From Hemiscyllium ocellatum (Eukaryota), in the NCBI RefSeq assembly GCF_020745735.1, contig NC_083408.1, positions 100,842,484 through 100,906,483 of the forward strand: a stretch of 64,000 nucleotides of DNA, written 5' to 3'. The first letter of the stretch is position 1. Each line of letters starts with the position of its first letter. The notes under the pieces are model-generated. The model did not search any database. It saw only the letters and a program-made list of their open reading frames with translations, and had not been told where the DNA came from. Positions 11,901-24,298 of the stretch are shown piece after piece. The position numbers and the translations under genes were made by a program.

Positions 11901-13855
11901 CAAGAGCATGGACCTATACCAGTCAAGGCACAGCTGCCAATGGTGGAAGTAAATGGAAGGTCAGTGGAACAAAATTTGCTGGTCAGGGGCTGCAGGATGT
12001 TGTAGCGTAGTTCTGGTCATTACAAAAGCAGAGATGAGTCAAATCAAATCAATGAGAAACATAAACAGTGGTTTTAAATCTGATACCATGAGCCAATATA
12101 AGCTAGCAAAGTACACTGAATGAAACTTAGTGATTATTTTAAACTTCATCTTGAATATTTTGTAGTATCTATCAATGCGAATTCTCTTCCCCAAAAAGCA
12201 GTTGAGGTCAAAACATTTAACTGGCCGGAATCTGAAACAGGCTACAGAGTTAGATGATTATCCATGATCATACTGAACGACAAAATAGACTGGAAGGGCG
12301 AAATGGCCTAGTCCTATTCTTTTTCTATGTTAATTATGGGCATAGACTTGCCAATTTCAACCAGTGGATGACACCAACAAAAAGAACATTTCTTCAGCTG
12401 AGACTTACAACAGATAGACTCATTGCACAATTTCACCCAAATATACACAGCACTGCCAGGCTACCGATACAGGAATTACTTATTAGATCCAAAACAAGTT
12501 AGCAATAAGCTTTTATAAAAAGATTCACAAAAAGGCGTAGTAATTATTTTCTATAGATGACAAAAAAATCTTCAGCTTTCGTTGGAGAAAAGAATACTTT
12601 TTTTAAAAATTAGGAATAAAAACCTGCAGCATAAACTTGGTACTGTCAATTTTGGTGATTTACATTTCAAACAATGTCAGGCTTAATATATCATCTTTAC
12701 TGACAATGGATAACTGTCACCCACTGTTGCTGCACACCAATCCTACCACAAATAAGAGAATCTAAAAATTGTTCCTCACCAACACCCAGAAATGAAAAGG
12801 TTGAAGTCTTTAAAAACAAATTCTCAAGGAATATTCTGTTGCTTTCAACTCCTACACTTTTTTTCTAAGGTTATCCAGCATTTTCATTCATCTTTTTAAA
12901 ATCAGAAACTTTCTAACAACAAATTTGATGACTCTGGAAAAATCCAATTCATGATTAGAACAGAAAAGAATTCCCATTCTCAATAAAGGCATCTTCAAGC
13001 AGCATCAGAAACTAGACTCTAAAAACAAGGAAATGCTAGCTGTCTAATTCACTGTTACATAAAGCTCCCAAATAAACTGCCTTAAGAACAAAAAAAAACT
13101 GATAGGTCATCAACATATTCTCCCATCAGGTAAAGTTGATGGAGGGGAAACAAAGAGGGAAATGGGAAATCAATCTGAATACTGATTCCACTTGTGCATT
13201 TTCTGTCAGTATGACCTCACAGGGCATGGAACATTATACTCCACCTAATCCGTGGATATCTAAACAATATTTAACGTCCAACAGGTAAATACAAATTTGG
13301 CCTTCCAACTGATCAGGTAATTTTCCCTTTAAGTGCTACATCAGACTGTCACAACCTTTCTCAAGACTTGTTTGAAGGGGTCAAGAGAGATCACAGGTCA
13401 TCAGTGCAATATAAGCTAGGTTCTCTCTACTCTACAATCACCTATCCAAATTTCGAACAGACAATAAAGATGTCAGATCTGAGTTTGTTTTAACTGTTTG
13501 TTTTCACAGATGCTGCCTAACCTGTACTTTATCTTAGATTTGATGTATCTACAATTCTTCACTTTCATATATATTAAAGATGCAGTCTGACATCTAGTAA
13601 ACTATATTTTGTTTCCTAGCTATCAGTTCTGAAGAAATCACTGTACTTGAAAGATTAACCCTGCTTTATCTGCACAGATGATGCCAGACCTACTGACTCT
13701 CTCCAGCAATTTACTTGTTTCAGATCTCCAGCATTCGCAGTTGCTTTATTCGCAATTTTAGACACTGGTTGATCTCTACATTTCTTAATATTTGATAGAG
13801 CATAAGTAGCAACATGTCTGAAATGGTTTTGTCGTTTCCTTTCCCTTCATCTCAC

Positions 13856-14293
13856 CTGTAAAGCCACGGAGGAGAAATCTGGATGTTGAGTGGGTTGGTT
13901 AGTCTGAGTTAGTTGGGTATTGCTGGTGTCCCAGAGATTCTGAGGCGGTGGAGGTTGCTGTAGATGAGGCGGCAATGGTGGAGGCGGTATGGACGGAGGT
14001 GGAAGGTTTTGATGGGCAGGATGCTGCAGCACCGACTGTAACTGCTGCTGGTGCATTTGTTGCAGCTGCTGCATCTGCTGAAGGTGCTGTTGCCGGAGGG
14101 TCTGGAAGTTGGACGCTAAACCGGCCCCGGGGACGGGCGGGGGTACGGTGGTAGGGCTCAGGGTGGAACCAACGCCAACCACCATGCCCGGGCCCGGCAC
14201 ACGGGGCCCTGGTGGTAGTGGAGGCTGAGCGGCTCCGCCATAATACGGAAGGTGTGCCCCTCCCCCACCATACCGACCCCATGACGGATACAT
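13856..14293 (-). CDS. YLPM1: YLP motif-containing protein 1, coding exon 1 (146 codons, phase 0)
   Basis: Starts MYPSWGRYGG (human MYPNWGRYGG), contains FQTLRQQHLQQMQQLQQMHQQQLQSVLQ and Pro-rich tracts, and ends at donor CAG|GTGAGA. Lies downstream of FCF1 as in other vertebrates. Confidence 0.87.
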
Positions 14294-14439
14294 CGGGTCT
14301 GAGGTCTATCTTCAAACAACTTCAACCGGCGAAAATAACTTGATGGGGGTAAAATATGATGGGTATTATTAAAATCCTGACAGGCTGCCCTGTCGAATCG
14401 GAGCAGAAATATCCACGACAAGCGATCAATATTTCAGTC

Positions 14440-14660
14440 TCTCCTACATTCTTCGATGACCGGCGCCATTAGACGAAGAACCAGGGAAAACACTGGCGGG
14501 CTACGTCATCGCGTCACGCTCCCTCGCCTACGCAACGTGCGTCAGCTGCAGTCGCAAATGCCAGGCACAATGCATTTCTGATCTGCTTTACGACGGCATG
14601 GTCAAAGAGATTTTCAAGAAGACTATTTGAAACGTTGGGAGCGCCATCTTTTTTACAGGC
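14440..14660 (-). promoter_or_regulatory. YLPM1 CpG-rich promoter/5' region
   Basis: CpG-rich; YY1-type motifs gcgccatctt (14641-14650) and ggcgccatt (14462-14470); CRE half-sites acgtca and gcgtca. Confidence 0.6.
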
Positions 14661-15514
14661 ACAACAAGCACTCTTGAGGTGTATTCGTCGTGTCCCTATC
14701 CCGGAGATCTAGGTTCAAACCCACCAAGCCAGAGTTATGTAATAATATCCTGACAGATGTTTTCAAGAAGAAACCCAGAAATTTTTGGAAAAGCTTAGCA
14801 AGTCTGGCAGCATCTGTGAAAAGACATCAGAATTTACGTTTAGGGTCAAGTGACCCTTCCTCAGAACTCAGATGTCTTCAGGATGTCACCAAATCTGCAG
14901 ACCTTCAGTTATGAAGCGAGATGGTGCAGACTAGATTCTGAAGAGGAGTCATTGGACCTGAAATTTTAACTCTTGCTTTCTCTCCACAGATACTGCTGAG
15001 TTTGTCCAGCGATTTCTGTTTTTGTTTGGGGTAAACTGGGGGTTCTTTTCTCTAAAGCAAAGGAGTTTGAGAAGGGACATTATTGGCATGTATAAAATTA
15101 TGAAGCATACAAATTTAAAAAGTCACCATAATTCTATCGGACTGTAAATTAGATAAAAGATATAACTGGTGCTGGCTTAACCTGAGGATCACTAAACTTT
15201 TGGGTGAGGGGAGAGGTAGAGAAGGAGTGTACTTCATGGTAACCTAAGCCAGTTCAAGAATGGAGCCTACTCTGTTGGCAGCATTGTGCTGCAAAACAGC
15301 TATCAGACAACTAAACTAAGCAACATAGTAGATAAAAATAAACCTTTCTCTCTGAGGGCTGAATACCCAGGGAGCATAGATTTAAAAGATGTGAGGAAAA
15401 ACATTTTCACCTCAATGATGATGAGAATCTGGAACTCACTGCCTGTTAGGGTGGTAGAGGCACAAACCCTCTTAACATTTAATAAGTATTTATCAGTGTA
15501 CTGCTATACAGTAG

Positions 15515-16030
15515 ATTGGCTGGACCACCTTTGGACTACTGTATTCAATTCTGGTTTCCCTGCTCTAGGAAAGATGTTGTGAAACTTGAAATGGTTCAGA
15601 AAAGATTTACAAGGATGGTGTCAGGATTGGAGAGTTTGAGCTGTAGGGAGAGGCTGAATAGGCTGTGGCTGTTTTCCCTGGAGCATCAGAGGCAGAGGGG
15701 TGACCATATGGAGGTTTATAAAATCATGATAGGCATGGATAGGGTAAATAGGCAAAGGGTGGGGAAGTCCAAAATTAGAGGGCATAGGTTTAAGGTGAGA
15801 GGCAAAAGATTTAAGAGGGACTTATGGGGCAACCTTTTCACACAGGTGTTGCATGTATGGAATGAACTGCCAGATGAAATATTGGAGGCTAGTACAGTTA
15901 AAAGGCATCTGGATGGGTACATAATTGAATGGATACATGAATAGGAAGCGTTTAGAGGTTTATGGGCCAAATGCCAGCAAATGGGACTAGATTTATTTAG
16001 GATATCTGGTTGGTATGGATGAGTTGGACC
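15515..16030 (+). mobile_element. CR1 LINE 3' fragment
   Basis: ORF 15516-15944 contains VQKRFTRM, ERLNRL, GHRFKVRG and WNELP. Confidence 0.85.
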
Positions 16031-18628
16031 AAAGAGTCTGTTTTCATGTTAATGGTCCTCACAAAACCATTTAAAAATAGTGTTTCCAATTTCCGCTAAT
16101 GAGACTATTATTATCCTAGCTGAAATTACGACTGGACAAGCCAGAATGGAATCTGGTCTGATCATGCTAGCTTTATTTAACTATGGTAATTTACTAAATA
16201 GTCAGAATGCATGGCTTGATATTTTCTTTAATAATTAAACAATATTATACGGAAGAAAAATGCTCCTAAAACACTTGGCAGAACGTATCAAGTATTCCCA
16301 ACACAATCACTTTGCAGTTTGTAAAATACCCATCAATCTCAAACCTTTAAGCAATACTTAATTGATTCTTTCCTGTTTTTTTTCTATGAACTGTGAAATC
16401 TTCTCATCAGAATACTCTTAAAATTGAAAGTTTAGATTTTCCCAATCTTTAAAAGTCTGCCAATTACTAACCAAAAACACTTGATTTGTACAAACTAAAC
16501 TTCAAAAAGTGATTGATTGCTTTGCCTGTTCTATATCCCTCCTAGATGTGAAATTATATTGTGCTTCTGATAATCAGTCTCCTCCAAAACTGCTCGATAT
16601 CTTTCTGTCTCTATGTTTTCTAAGTTAAAATCAATCCTTCATAATCATAAACCAAACCAAACCAATGGCTGTCAATCTTTACATTCACAGTTGTAAACAT
16701 TACACAGTAAACCTTGCAAATAATCTTCCATTAACAGGGATCCCCTGCTCTTTTACACATACTGTATTAAATCAGTGTTCCAGAAACACTGACCTTTTTT
16801 GGTAAATCTGAAGAAAAGGAACTGTCCATTTGCTGCTACTTGAAATCCAAACTCTAAAAATTAGACATTTTTAATCTCAAGATCTCAGCCAGGCCATTAA
16901 ATTTTTCAAAAGCAAAATATTGGAATGCTGAACTAAAAATACAGGTATTGATAATAATCTGCAGGTGAGACAACATCTATAGAGAGAAACAGTTAATTTT
17001 CAGGTCAATGAAGAATCTGACGGAAAGTCATCATTGGAGGGAAACCAAGTTATTATTCAGGTCAAAGGTGCTGCTGAATATAGCTCATGAATGTGAGAAT
17101 TGCCATACAATAATAAATACATGATTAACTTCTTTATCAAGACAGAGAATGTTGGAATGTGAAACTTAGAAGTGCAGGGAATAATTAAGGTAAGTAGCAC
17201 AAATGCATTCAAGGGAAGTTATATAAGCACATGAAAAAGAAATGGAAGGATGTTGATCAGAAAAAAAATTACAAGGATGCTGCACACACAAACAGAAAAT
17301 GCTGGAACTGCTCAGCTGCAGAGAAATAGATAAAAACTTTTCATTGTTCACAGATATTGCCTGAACTAATAATGAGGTTAGAAAAGGAGATACAAGATCA
17401 CAAACACATACATTATCTATCGAGGCTAAATGGTCTCTTTTCACGCTGCAAGTACTTTGTAATGCTTGTAATCTGACTGATTGCATGGAATTGATGATAA
17501 CCTTGTTGACTATATATATTTGCTTGTTCATCATTCCAAATTCTTGCAGGCTACAGTTGTATCATCAATTCTTTGGTAAATTCCTCCTCTATTGACGTGA
17601 AGTATACTTCAAGAATAATGTATTTTGAGGCTGCTATTGACACTGTAATGAATCACTTGCAACAAGCCAGGAAATAGGCACATATTTTGATGAATTTCTC
17701 CTGTTTAATGGCTCAAAGACCAATACTTCCTCTATCCGGACAAGACCTAAATCCATTTTGTGCAAGATTCCTACCACTGTTACCTAAGTGGTATATGCAA
17801 CAAGCTGCAGTCAGGAGAAATTGCTTAGATTTTCTATGCCGGGATCCAAGGTTCACAATTGGGACACCCAGGACCAATGTGTCATACCTTGCTCACTCAG
17901 GTACTTTACACCATTAAGAATTTATTATTTATCATAAAAACAAATACCAGAATGAGTGGGCATTCATATTCAGAAAAAAAAAACAAAGTTTCTAAGAACA
18001 GGAGTAGGCCATTCCAATCTTTCAGCCTGTTCCACCAATGTAACTATGGCTGATCACCCTACTCAGTTTCTTATTCCCACTTTTGCCTACACCCTTTTAT
18101 CTCTTTAGCCCTAAGTACTATATCGGTCTCCTTCTGGATACCATTCAACATTTTGGCCTCAACTGTTTTCTGTTTAGTGAATTCCACAGGCTCATCACTC
18201 TCTGGGAGAAGAATTTTTTCATATCAGTCTTATATGAAACACTTCAAATCTTTAGAATGATGGAAGGTTTTGATAAATTGGATACAGAATGTGTCTGAAG
18301 GAGTTAGCATATGACTGGAAGCCACAATACAAAATAGCAACCAGAAAATCCAATTTAGACATTCAGGCGAAACCCAAAGATTGGCAAATATGGAATTTTT
18401 GCTTGCAGAGTGGTTTAAGTAATTTGTAGAAATGCATTTTAAGGAAAGCAATGAACTTTTAAGAAGGAAATTAATATTTCTTTGAAAGAAAATTGGGACT
18501 CTCGTGTTGAGTATAAATGCTGATATAGGATATAAGGCATACAAATAGCCCATGTAAACCAAAGCAAAAATCACATATTGACTGTGGAAAGAGAAGCAGT
18601 TTTAAGTCCAATATAATGATTATTTGGA

Positions 18629-18756
18629 ACCTGAAGAAGGGCTTATGCCCGAAATGTCGATTCTCCTGTTCCTCTGCCGCTGCCTGGCCTGCTGTGTTTT
18701 TCCAGCACCACATTTTTCAACTCTGGTCTCCAGCAGCTACAGTCCTCACTTTCTCC
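18629..18756 (+). mobile_element. Short PLE-derived arm with hammerhead and tail
   Basis: cctgaagaagggcttatgcccgaaatgtcg followed by the family body and the tail ending cctcactttctcc. Confidence 0.8.
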
Positions 18757-18949
18757 TATTGAGTGACTTACCAATTCAGACCAGAATTTGATTATAAAGC
18801 AAACCTTTTAAGATCCTTACATCAGTGACAGCATTGGGGTGGAAAGAGCAGCTTTTGAGTCAGAAGCAGTGAGGGAAAAATCAGAAATGGTCAGTTAGAG
18901 CAGCCAGAGAGGAGATAGTAGCTTCAGAGTCAGGAACAAGAAGGGAATC

Positions 18950-19900
18950 AGAGCCGCAACAAAAGCAGAAAGTGCTGGAGAAACGCAACAAGTTTGGCAG
19001 CATCTGTGGAAAGAGAAGCAGTTTTGAGTCCAATATAATGATTATTTTGAACCGAAGGTGCTAGAAAATTTGTTGAATGACAAAAGGGCAGAAGAGCAAG
19101 CGTAACAGATATTAAGGGTACGCAAAGCAAAAGTGAGTTCTTGAGAAGGTAATAATCAAATTCAAGGACAATGTTCACTGCATGAGGTTATTGAACTCTA
19201 GTACTGAGTCCTGAATGCTGTAAAGTACCTGAGCGGAAAATAAATACCTGTTTCTCCAGCTTGTGTTGTGCTTCATGAGAACATTGCAACAAGCTTTGGT
19301 CAGAAATGTTAGCATGAGAGCAAGCTGGTGTATGACAGCAACAACTGGAAGGTTCAGTGTCATTCTTACAGACAGATCAGATCAGAGGTGTTCCACCAAG
19401 CAATCAATCAACCAGTTGACATTTGTTCTCACCAATTTAAAGAAAACTTCACGGAAATCAGAAATGATGTAGACAAGGTTGAAAGAAATAAAAATAAATT
19501 GTCATTTCCCATAAAAAAGCATGTTTTAGACCTCGAACAGAGAGGAAGGAAGAGGTAGGAGAGAAAAAGTGTTACACCTTCTGTGTTTGAATGGGAAGGT
19601 GCCACTGAGTGGGTTTGGAGTTGTTTGCAGTAATGGAGGAGCGAACCGGGATGTTGTGGAGTTCCTGCAAAATGCTGACAAAGGGAGAGGAGGAGATGAT
19701 GTGTTTGTTTGGTGCTTGCTGCTGAAAGTGGCAGAAATGGCAGAGGGAATGATCTTTTAAATGTTGAGCTCTCAGCCATGTCCAACCCATTTCCTGCATA
19801 TGTGCTCCCATCCTTTCCCCTCCCAGAAAAACAAGTGTTCCCTTTGACCTCACTTTCTACTTCACCAGCCTTTACATTCAAATAATCATCTTCTGTCTTT
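18950..19900 (-). mobile_element. Old, decayed Neptune-type PLE remnant
   Basis: Terminal arm similar to the short hairpin families, plus a degenerate GIY-YIG-like segment (NLVY on - strand near 19470). Confidence 0.45.
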
Positions 19901-20536
19901 TCCATGATGGCGATTTCAGGTGTCAGACAACATCTCAAGTTAGTAAATCAAAATCATCTGACATCAACTAAACTTTTAACAATTTACGCATTGAATGTTG
20001 TCTGCATTTGTTGCCTATTCCTAGTTTGCCCTGAACTTTGTAGCTTGCTTAGGCCATTTTAGAAGGCACTTAAGATTTAACCATGTTGCTGTAGTTCTGC
20101 AGTCACAAGTCAACCAGATGAGGTAAGGAAATTAATGACCTGTGGGATTTTTACAATAAAGGGTTCATGGCTATCTTTTACTTCTAAAAAAAAATTAATT
20201 CAACCTTCATCTTCTGCTGCTATGGGATTCAAATCTGGGTTTCCAGAACATTACCTCAGTCTTTGGTTCAGTCATCAGTAGTTTTGGGAAGTTCGAGAAC
20301 CAGATACTTTGATTAATCATGTTATGAGTTCCTTTAAGGTGCTATGAACCGAGCTAAAATATTTGAAGATTTGTCTGTATAAATCAGTGACACCACGACA
20401 GGGGTCTACATAAGCAAAAAGAACCTGCTGTCTGATATTCTTTCAGCGAATGATTTAAAATTATACTCTATTCCATAACTCTTTTTAATATGGTGAAGTT
20501 GATGAATTATTAATTTATTTTTTAAAGCAGTAAATA

Positions 20537-20754
20537 CAGGTCGTTCTGCTATAGCACGCATTTTGGTAACACAAATTTACTGTAATGCGATTGATTAATT
20601 GGGGATACTGTTTTCAAAAGCACAAGCTTTTAGAACATGTGTGAGTGTAACACAGTTCTATCACCAGCACTTGAATCAGAATTCTAAAACATGATTTTAC
20701 TGTAATGTTGGGTTGCACAAGAATGTAACCATCGCGTTATAAAAGAACTACCTG
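20537..20754. mobile_element. Tc1/mariner (Tigger/pogo-like) MITE
   Basis: Imperfect TIRs caggtcgttctgctata / tataaaagaactacctg, flanked by TA on both sides. Confidence 0.7.
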
Positions 20755-20857
20755 TACAATGGAACAATTTCCAAGTATCTGATGCTATATGCCAAATTTG
20801 CAAAACAGGAGAGAAAGATAATTCACAATAACAATCCACAAAGAAACTTGCATGCTA

Positions 20858-22870
20858 CAGAGTCATACAGCACAGAAAGACCTTTCGATCCAACTCATCC
20901 ATGCTGACATGACATTCCAATCTGACCTAGTCCCACTTGCCAGCATTTGGTCCTAATCCCTCTAATCCCTTCTTCTTCTTATACCCATCCAGATGCCTTT
21001 TAAATGTTGTCATTGCTTCCACCACTTCCTCTGGCAACACTTTCCATACACACATACCCTGTGTGGAAAAGTTACACCTCAAGTCCTTTTTAAATCTTTC
21101 CCTTCTCACCTTAAACCTACGCCCTCTGGAGTTGGGCTTTTTTATGTTGTGGAGAAAGTGAGGACTGCAGATGCTGGAGATTAGAGCTTAAAAATCTGTT
21201 GCTGGAAAAGCGCAGGAGGTCAGGCAGCAAAGGAACAGGAGAATCGACGTTTCGGGCATAAGCCCTTCTTCAGGAAACTGAAGAAAGGCTTATGCCTGAA
21301 ACGTCAATTCTCCTGTTCCTTTGATATTGCCTGACCTGCTGCGCTTTTCCAGCAAAACATTTTTATTCTCTATGCTGTGAAAAAGACTGGCTATACTCCG
21401 TCAACGCCCCTCATCATTTTATAACCTTTAAGGTCATTCCTTAGCCTTTGATGCTTCAGGGAAAATAGCCCCACTCAATTCAGCCTCTCCCTTCAGCTCA
21501 AACCCTCCAGTTCCAGCAACTACCTAAACTTTTTCTGCATCCCCCTACATTTAACAACAGCAGGGAGACCAGAATTGTATGCAGTATTCCAAATGTGGCC
21601 TCATTAATGTCCTGTACAGCTGCAACATAACATCCCAATTCCTATCTTCAATGTTATCACCAATGAAGGCAAGGATGCCAAACACTTTCTTCACCTGTCT
21701 ATCTGCAACACCACTTTCAAGGAGCTATGCCCCTGCACTTGTTTGGCAGCACTCCCCAGGGCCCTATCAATAAGTGTATAAGTCCTGCCTGGTTTGACTT
21801 ACCAAAATACAACACTTCACATTTTATCTGAATTGAACTCCATTTACCACTCTTCAGCCCATTGGTTAATCAACGTCCTCTTGTACTCAGATAATCTTTT
21901 TCACTGTCCACTATACTATCTATTTTGGTGTTATCTGCAAACTTACTAACTATTCCTCCTATATTCACATTCAAGACATTTATATAATCCACCACTGATC
22001 CTTCTGGCACATCATTGGTAACAGGTCTCCAATCCAAACATTAACCATCCACCACCACCCTATCTACCTTCAAACCAATGTTGAATCCAATTGGCTAGGT
22101 CTGCCTGGGTCCCATGTGATCCAACCTTACTAACTAGTCCACCATGTGGACGTTTGGCTGAAGTCCATTACAGACAACTTCTCTACAAAAATCTCAAACA
22201 AGTAGTGAGACATGATTTCCCATGCACAACGCCATGCTATCCTTTATCAATTCTTGCCTTTCCAAATGCATGTCAATCCTGTCCCTCAGCATCCCCTCCA
22301 ACAACTTACGCATCACTGATGCAAGGTTCACTGGTCTGTAGTTCCCTTGGCTTTTCCTGAAATAATGGCACCACATTAGCCAACCTCCAGTCTTCCAGCA
22401 CCTCACAGGTGGCTGAGGGGCCCAGCAATCTCTTCCTAACTTCCCACAAACGTCTGGGAAACACCTGATCAGGTCCTAGGGATTTATCTACCTTTATGCA
22501 TTTTAAGACCTCCAGCACTTCCTCTTTAGTATGAACTCTTCAAAACACCACAATTTGTTTCCCCAAATTCCCTATCTTCCATGTGGTTCCACATGGTGGT
22601 GAAGGACAAGAGATACACGAAATACTAAACGAATAGAAAATATTAGTTTAGTATCTCATCTATCTCTTGTGGTTCCACATGGATGGCCAATCTGATCTTT
22701 AAGGAGCTCTATTCTCTCTCTTGTCACTCTTCTGCCCTTAAATGTATTTTATAGAATCTCTTTGGATTCTATGTGACAAAGCTATCTTATATCCTCTTTT
22801 TGTCCTTCTGATTTCCCTCTTATGTATACTCCTACTTGGGATTCACTCGATCCAGACTGTCTATACCTGA
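20858..22870 (-). mobile_element. CR1 LINE ORF2 remnant
   Basis: DKSLGPDQVFPRRLWE, NYRPVNLAS and WKVLPEEV on the - strand. Interrupted by the 21151 element. Confidence 0.85.
21151..21365. mobile_element. Short PLE-derived double-hammerhead hairpin element
   Basis: Tail on the left, inverted arms, two back-to-back cores (cttcttcag / ctgaagaa), degenerate TSD tatgttgtg/tatgctgtg. Confidence 0.8.
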
Positions 22871-23003
22871 TCTAGATGAATAATAAAACTTTGTGCTTAC
22901 TCAGTCTTTCATCTTGCCAACAAGTTGCATTAAACTCCGCATTGTTCAAAAATGATCCTGAAGATGGCTAATTTGGATCTGAACATCTCTCAGACTAGAT
23001 GAT

Positions 23004-24298
23004 AGAACATAGAACAGTACAGCACTGGAACAGGCCCTTTGGCTCACTCTATTGTGCTGAACATGATGCCAAATTAAACTAATCTTTTCTGTTTACCCTT
23101 GGTCCACATCCCTCCTTGCATCTTCATGTGTTTATCTAAAAGACAATTAATTGTCGCGATCGTATCTGCCTCCTCCACCACCATACCAGACTACTAGCAC
23201 TCTCTAAAAATCTTACCCCTCATCTCCTTTGAACTTTACCCCTCTCACCTTAAATACATGACTCCTAATTTTACACATTTCAACTCTGGGAAAAAAAAAC
23301 AATTCTGACCGTCAATCCTAACTACGTAATCTACCAAGATTCTACCAAGTCTCCTCTGTCTCCAGAGAAAAGAACCCGAGTTTTTCTAATCTCTCCTTAA
23401 AGCTCATATCCTCTAATCCAGCCAGCATCCTGGTAAACTTCTTCTGCACTGTCGCCAAAGCCTACACATCGTGAGCGGCACGGTGGCACAGTGGTTAGCA
23501 CTGCTGCCTCACAGCGCCTGAGACCCGGGTTTAATTCCCGCCTTAGATTAGATTACATTACATTACTTACTGTGTGGAGTTTGCACATCCTCCAGGTGCT
23601 CCGGTTTCCTCCCACAGTCCAAAGATGTGCGGGTCAGGTGAATTGGCCAAGCTAAATTGCCCGTAGTGTTAGGTAAGGGATAAATGTAGGGGTATGGGTG
23701 GGTTGCGCTTCGGCGGGTCGGTGTGGACTTGTCGGGCCAAAGGGCCTGTTTCCACACTAAGTAATGTAATGTAATCTAATCTAATCCTTCCTGTAATGTG
23801 GCAACCAGAATTCAAGGCAATATTCTAAGTGTGGCCTAACCAAAGTCTTATAAAGCTGCAACATGACATCCTAACTCTTGTACTCAATTCCCCAACCAAT
23901 AAAGGCAAGCATGCCAAATATATTATTTACCACCCTATCTACTTGCATGGCCACTTTTGGAGAGCCAAGCACTTGAATCCCAAGATCCTTCTGTGCATCA
24001 ATGCTGTTCAGAGTCCTGCCATTAACTATATACTTTCCCGAACATTTGATTTCCCAAAGTGCAGAATCTTAAACTTACCTGGATTAAACTCCATCAACCA
24101 TTTCTCCGCTCATATCTGCAACTTATCTACAATCCCATTGTATCCTTTGACAACCTTCTACACTGTCCATAACTCCACGGATCTTTGTATCATCTGCAAC
24201 CTTACAAAGCTAGCCATCTACATTTTCAACCAAGTTGTTTATATAGATCACAAACAGAGGTCCCAGTGCAGATCTCTGTGGAACACCACTAGTCACAG
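23004..24298 (-). mobile_element. CR1 LINE 3' fragment interrupted by a SINE
   Basis: (agaacat)n tail at the left; RT C-terminal remnants on the - strand. Confidence 0.75.
23475..23785 (+). mobile_element. V-SINE with an internal inverted copy of its own tail
   Basis: A/B boxes, V core and (taatg/taatc)n tail. 23543-23569 is the reverse complement of 23758-23784. Confidence 0.85.

Noticed and set aside
13899-14421. Alternative ORFs overlapping YLPM1 exon 1
   Set aside because: Expected shadow frames of GC-rich, low-complexity coding sequence.
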